From the IMG/VR virus record IMGVR_UViG_3300020039_000013: a stretch of 52,347 nucleotides of DNA. One strand, given 5' to 3'. Under the pieces are notes generated by a model. The model worked only from the letters and a program-made list of their open reading frames with translations, was not told the DNA's origin and did no database searches. Below are positions 17,146 through 24,353 of the stretch, one piece after another; within the stretch, counting starts at the first letter, position 1, and every line of letters begins with the position of its first letter. The translations under genes and the position numbers were made by a program. The stretch comes from a virus.

Positions 17146-17161
17146 GAAGGGGAGGAAATTT

Positions 17162-17335
17162 GTGCGGGATATCACCTATTGCGCTAACCCGGATTGCCCG
17201 TTTGCGGACTGTCCGAGAAGCGTACAGCAGTTAACGGGTAAGACGCTGATTGCCAGCTTTGCCGACCTGGGATGCGTTTGCAAGCGGTTCCGGGCGTGGA
17301 GGAAAGAACAGGGAAAGGAGGAACAGACGGATTGA
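17162..17335 (+). CDS. Small Cys-rich protein (57 aa)
   Basis: GTG after GGGGAGG. Translates MRDITYCANPDCPFADCPRS... Confidence 0.45.
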   Translation: MRDITYCANPDCPFADCPRSVQQLTGKTLIASFADLGCVCKRFRAWRKEQGKEEQTD

Positions 17336-17700
17336 CCGACGAGGAGCTATCCCGCGCCGCAATCAACGAGCAGTACCCGGACAGCAATATGCCCTATGAC
17401 TGGCTGGCGTGGTACAAGCTCCGGGACGTGTACCGGGATTTCAAGGCGGGGAAGATCAGCAAGAAACAGGGCGAGGACGCAAAGAAAAACATTTTTCAGT
17501 CCAGACAGAAAGAGATCAACGAAAAGGAATCTTCACAGGCGGCGTCGCTACGCTTCGGTCAGTTCTGGGCAAAAGTGGAGGACGCCGGACGAGCCTACAT
17601 GAAAGACCCGACCATAGAACACGCGGACGATTTTGTGCGGACTGTTTACGGCGTGGGACGGCTGAAGAGACCGGATGAAACAGAAAAGCCCGCCACCTGA
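17332..17700 (+). CDS. Hypothetical protein
   Basis: In-frame TTG 17332 after AAGGAGG, within track ORF 17272..17700. Confidence 0.5.
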   Translation: MTDEELSRAAINEQYPDSNMPYDWLAWYKLRDVYRDFKAGKISKKQGEDAKKNIFQSRQKEINEKESSQAASLRFGQFWAKVEDAGRAYMKDPTIEHADDFVRTVYGVGRLKRPDETEKPAT

Positions 17701-17890
17701 CGGCGACGGGCGAGCGAACAGAAAGGTATGTGATGGGACAACTTATCCTCTGACCGGGAATAGGTGTAATAAATATACTGTTTAATATACTGTTTCCAAC
17801 AGAGGACGGGGATAAATACCAAATACCAATCCTTTTTATTATAAACAATTATCTTATGTTTGTCAATAGCTATTATGCGAAAGGTGAAAA

Positions 17891-18073
17891 ATGACCGTCA
17901 GTGAAGAACGAAAAGCGCAAATGAGGAAATACTACGCAGAACACAAAGAGGAATACGCCGAGCGCCTGAAAAAATGGGCGACTGAAAACCCGGACAAAAT
18001 ACGAGAGTACAATCACAAGCAGTATCTAAAGCGGAAAGCGAGGAAGGAGGAAGAAAAGAACGGCGTACTGTAA
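17891..18073 (+). CDS. Small basic helical hypothetical protein
   Basis: ORF track, RBS-like aaaggtga upstream. Confidence 0.5.
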   Translation: MTVSEERKAQMRKYYAEHKEEYAERLKKWATENPDKIREYNHKQYLKRKARKEEEKNGVL

Positions 18074-18247
18074 AAAATGCGGCGCGTACATCCCAATCGG
18101 ATCGGATTTTTGCGTGGCTTGTGGCTTTTGGAGCTTTGGAACGAGGATAATCCGACTAAATACATCGGTATGCAAGAAATTGCAAACGGCACACCGTACC
18201 CGACGAGAACATATTATATCAGAGATAAGGCAAAGGGATGGTAATGC

Positions 18248-18619
18248 ATGGCAAAACTGACAGAACACGAACAGCTTTTAAGGGAGTGGCAGAACAGGCT
18301 TGGTTTGCAAGATTGGCGTATAAAATTGGCGGACAACTGCGTACCGGATGACATGACATTACAAGGCGTTGCCGGTGATGTGGATTGGAGCGAATCGATC
18401 AAGACGGCAAGAATTGAAATTCTTGACCCGGCGTTTTATGGGGATCGCATTGTTCCCTTCGATTGGGAAAAAACGCTTGTCCACGAACTGCTGCACCTGA
18501 AGCTGTCCCTTGTGTCCGATAACGTGGACGATCTGCAGGCGCGGTATATGCACCAGATCATAGACGATTTGGCGAGGGCGTTTGTGGATGCAAAACGATT
18601 TGGGAGGGCGGAAACATGA
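18248..18619 (+). CDS. Putative HExxH metallopeptidase-like protein (SprT/ImmA-like, provisional)
   Basis: TLVHELLHLKL HExxH motif in a 123-aa protein. Confidence 0.45.
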   Translation: MAKLTEHEQLLREWQNRLGLQDWRIKLADNCVPDDMTLQGVAGDVDWSESIKTARIEILDPAFYGDRIVPFDWEKTLVHELLHLKLSLVSDNVDDLQARYMHQIIDDLARAFVDAKRFGRAET

Positions 18620-19209
18620 CATATGAAGGAGGAAAGATGAACATCTGGAACACATGGACGGCGGACTACACAAACATCGTCGATTGGAGAGCCGAATACC
18701 TCTGCGAACGGAAGAAGAGAGAAGCGGCAGAGCGGAAATGCGATAAGCTGTATAAGGAACTGAGAGCGCTTGAGAAAAAGAAAGACTATCGCACACCAAA
18801 GCGCATTCTGAAAAACGGCGACTACATGACCGTCCTTTGGGAAGATGGTACAAATACCGTCGTAAAGCGCGGCCAGGACGAGCCGGAAAGCGATTACGCC
18901 GCCTTTACCGCTGCGCTGGGGATCAAGATTTTCGGCTCGAATAGCGCGCTGAAGAAAGTCGTCGGACGGGTAGAAACGCAGAAACCGAAAAAGAAAAAAC
19001 AGACAGAACAGAAAGCGCCGGAGACCGCAGAACAGACGGAAACCGTGATCGACGCCCACGACGAGCCGGTCACGGTAGAAGAAGCCAAACAGAAAGAATT
19101 GTCCGCCGTTGACAGGGAAGCTTTGGAGCGTGTCGCAAAAAGGTTTGATTTGACCGCTGACGAGGCGATCCAGAAAATCATCGAGGCGCAGAAGAGTAAC
19201 GAAGATTAA
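18616..19209 (+). CDS. Hypothetical protein with a Lys/Glu-rich linker
   Basis: ORF track, ATGA overlap. Confidence 0.55.
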   Translation: MTYEGGKMNIWNTWTADYTNIVDWRAEYLCERKKREAAERKCDKLYKELRALEKKKDYRTPKRILKNGDYMTVLWEDGTNTVVKRGQDEPESDYAAFTAALGIKIFGSNSALKKVVGRVETQKPKKKKQTEQKAPETAEQTETVIDAHDEPVTVEEAKQKELSAVDREALERVAKRFDLTADEAIQKIIEAQKSNED

Positions 19210-19229
19210 CAGAGGAAAAGGAGGAAAAA

Positions 19230-20261
19230 ATGTTTGCAATCATCATCGCCGCTGTTGCCCTGATTGGCGGCATTGTTTGTACGGCTGTTTTGAACAAACA
19301 GAAAAACGAAGAATATGAGGAAAACCGAGAATATTACGAGAAACACAAAAACGATTCCTATCGCAAAGTGGTAGAGCCGCAGAAACCGAAAAAAATCACT
19401 TATCCCGTTTTTATCGCAATCGTGCTTTCTCTGGGGATAATCATTGCGAGCTGTGTTGCCATTGTTCCGACAGGATATACAGGTATCTTGACGACTTTCG
19501 GAAGAGTGGAAGACCGAACGATCCCGTCCGGTATTAGCTTTGTCGCACCCTGGCAGAAAGTGATAAAGATGGACAATCGGACGCAGAAGGTACAGATTGA
19601 AACGTCTGCTTTTTCCAGCGACATCCAGCAAGTGGATTTGTTATTGTCCGTGAATTACTGCATAGACCAGGAAACGGCACAGATTTTATACAAAACCGTT
19701 GGAACGGGATATTACGATAATATTATGTTCCCGCGCATCCAGGAAAATACGAAAGCTGTTTTCTCGCAATACAGCGCGGAAAACCTTATTGCGAAACGGG
19801 ACAGTCTTTCGGACACCATCGCGGAAGCCACGGCCAACGACATGAAGCGCTACGGGATTACCATTGTTTCCATCTCGATTGAAGATATTGATTTTACGGA
19901 CGCCTTTACGAATGCCGTTGAAGCCAAACAGGTGGCCGCGCAAAATAAACTGACTGCGGAAACGGAACAGGCGCAGAAAATCATGGAGGAAGAAGCAGCT
20001 GCGGAACGGGCCATTATCGCGGCCAACGCGGAAGCGGAACAGGCCGTTATCGCGGCACAGGCTGATCTTGAAGTCGTACAGATTCAGGCGGAGGCAAGCC
20101 TTTACGCGGGACAGCGCGAGGCCGAAATGAATCAGCGCATTGCGGAAGCTCTGACCGATGACCTGATAGATTACTATTGGATCAAGCAGTGGAACGGCGA
20201 GCTGCCGGATACCGTCCTGGGCGAAAGCAGCAGCTACATGATCGACCTGACAGGAAATTAA
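19230..20261 (+). CDS. SPFH/band-7 (prohibitin/HflC-like) membrane protein
   Basis: N-terminal TM helices, SPFH core (TGYTGILTTFGRVED...ISIEDIDFTDAFTNAVEAKQVA), and an Ala/Glu coiled coil. Confidence 0.85.
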   Translation: MFAIIIAAVALIGGIVCTAVLNKQKNEEYEENREYYEKHKNDSYRKVVEPQKPKKITYPVFIAIVLSLGIIIASCVAIVPTGYTGILTTFGRVEDRTIPSGISFVAPWQKVIKMDNRTQKVQIETSAFSSDIQQVDLLLSVNYCIDQETAQILYKTVGTGYYDNIMFPRIQENTKAVFSQYSAENLIAKRDSLSDTIAEATANDMKRYGITIVSISIEDIDFTDAFTNAVEAKQVAAQNKLTAETEQAQKIMEEEAAAERAIIAANAEAEQAVIAAQADLEVVQIQAEASLYAGQREAEMNQRIAEALTDDLIDYYWIKQWNGELPDTVLGESSSYMIDLTGN

Positions 20262-20370
20262 CAAACAGAAAGGAGGAGAAAAAGGACATAATCGCAGAAA
20301 GGAGGCGAGACCGGAAAGCCGTCACAAAAAACAAAACCAAACACAACAAAATTACTAAATATTTGAAAGA

Positions 20371-20411
20371 AAGATAGTTTAAGATAGTTTCAAGATAGTT
20401 TAAGATAGTTT
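20371..20411 (+). repeat. Four tandem copies of AAGATAGTTT
   Basis: 20371-20380, 20381-20390, 20392-20401, 20402-20411. Confidence 0.95.
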
Positions 20412-20415
20412 TTAA

Positions 20416-20445
20416 GGCCGCTCCGAATGGGGCGGTTTTTCTTTT
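20416..20445 (+). terminator. Rho-independent terminator ending the early + strand operon
   Basis: Stem CCGCTCC / GGGGCGG with a GAAT tetraloop (20418-20435), followed by TTTTTCTTTT. Confidence 0.75.
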
Positions 20446-20920
20446 CCCAAACGCGCAGAAAGAGGTTTTCATTTTTTCAAATCGCAGAAAGCGAAGAAGG
20501 GCGTTTTCAAAAGTCGCAGAAGGGAAATTTTTTTGAAAATTTTTCGCAGAAGGGCGCAGAAAGGGTTTTTCAGAATCGACCGCTCAACCCGCCGCGTTCC
20601 ACCGTTTCCCGCTTTGCTTTGCCGCCTTGCATAGTCGCCGCGCTTATCTCGCGTAATTGCCCCCTAAAACGGCGCACGACGGCGTTTAATGCTTTAGGGG
20701 TATAAGAACATAGCCAAAACCAAAACGCTCTTAAAACGCGTTTAAACGGCTTTAAACGCAAAGCGACAAAATGGCATGGTAAAAGCCGGGGCGCGTGGCT
20801 CCGGCTGATTTGCTTTGTATTGGGCTTTGTAGGGCGCTGGGCGCGTTTTCGCGGAGTGGCTTGTGCTGGGATATGCGCGGCGATCTGCGGCGCGTTCATG
20901 GGCTTTACAGGGCATTAAAA

Positions 20921-20950
20921 AAGCCGGGTCATTTTCCCCGGCTTTAGTAC
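20921..20950 (-). terminator. Rho-independent terminator for the minus-strand operon
   Basis: The minus strand reads AGCCGGGGAAAATGACCCGGCT followed by TTTTTT, just downstream of the stop of 20961..21443. Confidence 0.75.
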
Positions 20951-20960
20951 ACTTCAAGTT

Positions 20961-21443
20961 TTACGCTGTTGCTAATACGCTTTTCGCCTTTGCAAACTTG
21001 CTTTCGGCTCCGTGGATCTGACTTTGAAGTTTTAGCAGCTCTTTTTGCAATTTGTCCCGCTCGGCTATGTGCTTGTTTACCACTTTTTCACCGATCACAT
21101 AGCTATATTTGTTTTGCTCGGCGTCGTGGTTGACTGCCTCCACGGCTTTTTGATAGGCTCGGGCCTTGTCTGTCTCCATCTGATAGAGCATTTCCAGCCG
21201 CCCGGAATAGAATATATAATCCTGCTTTGCTTGCTCTCTTGCAGCGCGTGCCTTTTCTGCTTGTGCTTGCTTGCGTTCGGCCTCTCTTGCGGCGCGTGCG
21301 CTCTCTTTCTGCTGGCGTTCAATCTCCACCGGGGAGGGCGCTGCCGGAATGGCGCAAGCTGTCTTTGTGCGCCGTCTGGCTGGCTGTCGTGCGTATTTGT
21401 GCAATAATGCCCATGCGGTCAATGTTAAAACTAATATAATCAT
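20961..21443 (-). CDS. Membrane-anchored coiled-coil protein
   Basis: ORF track. N-terminal TM helix MIILVLTLTAWALL, then an Ala/Glu/Lys/Gln-rich helix. Confidence 0.6.
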   Translation of the reverse strand: MIILVLTLTAWALLHKYARQPARRRTKTACAIPAAPSPVEIERQQKESARAAREAERKQAQAEKARAAREQAKQDYIFYSGRLEMLYQMETDKARAYQKAVEAVNHDAEQNKYSYVIGEKVVNKHIAERDKLQKELLKLQSQIHGAESKFAKAKSVLATA

Positions 21444-21667
21444 GCCGTCTCGCCTGCCTCACGCGCGATAATTCTTGCAAGCTGCGCGGCGATGGCTCTA
21501 TGTTCAATAATGCTTTGCTTTTCGTATTCGTTTAGATTCTCTTGCCGCTCTAAACCCTCAGCACATGAAATATTCCAGTTATAAGACTTTCCCAGCCGCT
21601 CAATCAATGCGCTATATGTTTTTTCCATTGTAAAGTCCTCCATTTGAAAGAATGTATATTTATACAA
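21440..21667 (-). CDS. Hypothetical protein; start uncertain
   Basis: ORF track, overlaps the downstream gene by 4 nt. Confidence 0.5.
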   Translation of the reverse strand: MYKYTFFQMEDFTMEKTYSALIERLGKSYNWNISCAEGLERQENLNEYEKQSIIEHRAIAAQLARIIAREAGETA

Positions 21668-21988
21668 TTACCATAGTTTGCACGCCATCCAGCCGCTTTT
21701 CCTGTCGGTCATTGTGACAATACAGCTTTTGCGCGTGTGGCTTGCGTCAATTCCGGCGATCTTCTCCCATCTTGATAGGTTTTCAAACTTGAAATATTTT
21801 CGCGCCGGAATTGAAATACCTGTTTTTCGGCGAATTTCTGCGGACAGCTCCCGCCAATTCATCCCGGCGCGGTCAAAAATAACATCCGGCCAAAATTCGG
21901 AGCACATTTCCGCACGATATCCGATTGACGGCCCATAAAAAATATCCATATTCCATTTGCCATGATTCCCGTATTTTTCGCTGTACAT
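21668..21988 (-). CDS. Hypothetical protein
   Basis: Internal ATG (MYSEKYGNHGKW...) preceded by GAGAAAGGA, within track ORF 21668..22012. Confidence 0.5.
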   Translation of the reverse strand: MYSEKYGNHGKWNMDIFYGPSIGYRAEMCSEFWPDVIFDRAGMNWRELSAEIRRKTGISIPARKYFKFENLSRWEKIAGIDASHTRKSCIVTMTDRKSGWMACKLW

Positions 21989-22034
21989 TGTATTTTCCTT
22001 TCTCCCCGTCAAGCCGTTAGGACAGCGGCGTTAT

Positions 22035-22229
22035 TTACTTCGTGCTTTCGAGTTTCGCGGCGTAGTAAAAAATCAACTCGCGGATTGCCTCGGCGTCAAT
22101 GTTAATCGGCTTCGCGCATCCGCTCCAATGGCTCAAGTGAGCGCCATATCCGCCGCTTACTTCGCTGGCTTCTGCGGTGTACATTTTCCGCAGTTGGCTA
22201 ATTTTGTATTCAATATCGGAACGTTCCAT
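22035..22229 (-). CDS. Hypothetical protein
   Basis: ORF track. Confidence 0.45.
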   Translation of the reverse strand: MERSDIEYKISQLRKMYTAEASEVSGGYGAHLSHWSGCAKPINIDAEAIRELIFYYAAKLESTK

Positions 22230-22325
22230 GTTTCGCGCCTCCTATGCTGCAAACTGTTGTCTAAATGCTTCGTTCATGCCCTGCGCCATGAGGGAGAGGA
22301 AAGAAAGAAGTTTTTGCTTCATGGC

Positions 22326-22541
22326 TCAGTCCTCAATCCTAAAGTGCATCCCTTCAAAAATCAGACAACAACCATGAACGGAGGGCAACATAAGTGTTTT
22401 TACTGATTTGTCGCGGATAGACCGTCCGCTATACTGGTATTTATCAAACTGCGATTTAGTCAAAATGAGTATTTCATCCTTGTCCAGCTTCCAACCGTGG
22501 TCGAAAATATACTCTTGCTCTCTGCTATCCCATTTTTTCAT
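22326..22541 (-). CDS. Hypothetical protein
   Basis: ORF track, GGAGG RBS (tatggaggtattttataATG on the minus strand). Confidence 0.55.
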   Translation of the reverse strand: MKKWDSREQEYIFDHGWKLDKDEILILTKSQFDKYQYSGRSIRDKSVKTLMLPSVHGCCLIFEGMHFRIED

Positions 22542-22688
22542 TATAAAATACCTCCATAAAATTTTACTTTACAGAGGCATTGAAAAAGGTTATAATATTT
22601 ATGCCTCTGTTTGATTGTTTGGTAACTTTCTGCCGGGGCTGCCCTGGTTAGCGCCGCAACGCTGCCGGGGCTTTTTTATTTGCTGTTT

Positions 22689-23000
22689 TCAGATGCTAAA
22701 ATCCTCGCCGTATTTCTCTTTGTGTCGCCGCTCGTACTCGCGGAAGAATCCGGCTTTGTCTCCGTCATATTCGCCGCTTGCGTGGATTTCCTCGCGGATG
22801 TCGTCGTCCATCAACTCGACGGCCTGATCAAAGTATTTTGCCTCTGCTATGTCTGCGCGAATTAGGCTTTTGATATAGCCACTTTTGTTTGGTACGCTGC
22901 CCAGCTTGTCAAGTATGTCCTTTTCGGTTTTTTTTACAAGCCGGACATTGACAACAACGGTTTTCTCTTTGTTGTACTTTGCCTGTTTGCTGCCGGTCAT
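22689..23000 (-). CDS. Putative ribbon-helix-helix-type DNA-binding protein with a C-terminal extension
   Basis: KTVVVNVRLVKKTEKDILDKLGSVPNKSGYIKSLIRADI resembles CopG/Arc-like RHH proteins of Firmicutes plasmids and phages. First gene after the minus-strand promoter. Confidence 0.45.
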   Translation of the reverse strand: MTGSKQAKYNKEKTVVVNVRLVKKTEKDILDKLGSVPNKSGYIKSLIRADIAEAKYFDQAVELMDDDIREEIHASGEYDGDKAGFFREYERRHKEKYGEDFSI

Positions 23001-23047
23001 TGCCTCGCCCCCTGTCTGTTTTTGTGTCCCTTGCTTGGTACGTCCTT

Positions 23048-23076
23048 ATATTAGCACGTATGCATTTACTTGTCAA
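23048..23076 (-). promoter_or_regulatory. Sigma-70-type promoter for the minus-strand accessory operon
   Basis: Minus strand: TTGACA (23076-23071), 17 nt, TAATAT (23053-23048). Confidence 0.6.
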
Positions 23077-23310
23077 CACTTGTTTTTAAATTATTTAAAA
23101 TTTTTTGCCCTATCTGCGTTCCCATGCGCGGGGCAACCAATCAGATGGCAATAATACCACGCTAGGCGCTTTGTACGCTGTGCGGCTTTATATTGGTATT
23201 ACTTTATTAAGAGGATTCTTTTTCCCCCCCCTATACATTATATATAAGATCAAGGACTTTGAAAACAAAAAGTAACAATGCTATTTTGCGTGTGTGTAAA
23301 GTGCTTTTAC

Positions 23311-23339
23311 TTGACATTGTTGCCGGTCTGTGCTATTGT
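23311..23339 (+). promoter_or_regulatory. Sigma-70-type promoter upstream of terS (late operon)
   Basis: TTGACA 23311-23316, 17 nt, TATTGT 23334-23339. GTGTAAAG lies 9 nt upstream of the -35. Confidence 0.6.
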
Positions 23340-23377
23340 GGTGTAAAGGAATTTTACTTGACAAGGAGGTTTTGACC

Positions 23378-23920
23378 GTGGCGGAGGATAATAAAGAGCT
23401 TGCTACGAATACAACGCAAGCGGTCAAACGGAGACGTAACCGGCCTGATCTTGCTAATTTTGGCGCGGAGCTTGCACAACCTGGTGATAATTCGCGGTAT
23501 TTGCGGCTTGCTATGGCCTCTCTTGATTTGCCGCCGATTGATATTTCAGATGCGGCGCAGGTGCAACAGCGGCTTACAGACTATTTTACTTTCTGCGTTG
23601 AGAATGATCGCAAGCCATCCGTCATTGGTATGTGTAACTGGTTAGGCATTTCTCGCGATACCGTTAACTCATGGAGGCGAGGAGAATATAGAGATAAAAC
23701 GCACTCCGACTTGATAAACAAAGCATATGCGATGTTGGAGGAGTTAATGAACGATTATATGTTAAATGGTAAGGTTAACCCCGCATCTGGCATCTTTTTG
23801 CTGAAAAACATACACGGGTACCGGGACCAAGTGGACATTGTAGCGGCTCCAGCTTCTTCCCTGGCGGAAAAATCAGTGGAGGAAATAGCTGCAACTTATG
23901 AGGACTTACCGGAAGACTAA
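23378..23920 (+). CDS. terS: Terminase small subunit
   Basis: GTG after AAGGAGG. SVIGMCNWLGISRDTVNSWRRGE HTH and C-terminal GIFLLKNIHGYRDQ are typical of terS. Confidence 0.75.
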   Translation: MAEDNKELATNTTQAVKRRRNRPDLANFGAELAQPGDNSRYLRLAMASLDLPPIDISDAAQVQQRLTDYFTFCVENDRKPSVIGMCNWLGISRDTVNSWRRGEYRDKTHSDLINKAYAMLEELMNDYMLNGKVNPASGIFLLKNIHGYRDQVDIVAAPASSLAEKSVEEIAATYEDLPED

Positions 23921-24353
23921 ATTGTTGTGCATTTTGACGGAAGCGGCGCGTTAATCGGCTGTTTTTGGCCTGTTTTGACCCCTAAAAGTTAAACAAAATA
24001 GGTATTTTGTTTACTTTTTCTGTTATGGTTAACCTGCGCGCACTTTCTGACCGGGATAACGTGCGTACCCACACCCGTGGGGTATGGTAGGGGGAGGGGA
24101 GGGGCCGGGTAAGCCCCAAATGCAACGAAAAATAAAAAAGGCGCGTCTCAAAAATTCCGCAAAAAACAAAAAGGGGCGGTCTGTGTTGCTGGCGTTTTTG
24201 CGGGGTTATTTGACGGGAAAATCAAGGATTGTAAAATTTGCACAAATGATGGGCGGCGACAGTCCCCTGCCCTGTTTTCGGAAAAAAACGGCGCGGCATG
24301 GTGTAACGGGAGCACACGGGTCTTTGACACCCGCAGTATCAGTTCAAGCCTGA

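Larger units (their letters stand above)
20293..20563 (+). repeat. Six dispersed direct copies of CGCAGAA(A/G)G
   Basis: Copies start at 20293, 20454, 20483, 20515, 20545 and 20555. Confidence 0.8.

Noticed and set aside
18060-18262. Zinc-ribbon-like frame (AYCKKCGAYIPIGSDFCVACG...) after gene 17891..18073
   Set aside because: There is no ATG, GTG or TTG in frame before the CxxC motif; ACG sits where a start would be expected. The rest of the frame is low quality and overlaps the next gene. It may be a decayed gene or an unusual start and is not called.
20427-20957. Track ORFs 20427..20705 (+), 20570..20899 (-) and 20742..20957 (-)
   Set aside because: They have Arg/Pro/Ala-rich translations and no RBS. 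They overlap repeats and the terminator hairpin. The region is better explained as a non-coding repeat island.
22621-22680. Apparent terminator CTGCCGGGGC...CTGCCGGGGCTTTTTT downstream of 22689..23000
   Set aside because: The two GC-rich elements are direct repeats, not inverted, so no stable hairpin forms. The T-run is on the strand opposite to the upstream gene.
24084-24353. 89-aa + strand ORF between terS and terL
   Set aside because: It has low-complexity Gly/Lys-rich translation, no RBS, and overlaps the G-quadruplex and hairpin elements. The region is treated as non-coding spacer.
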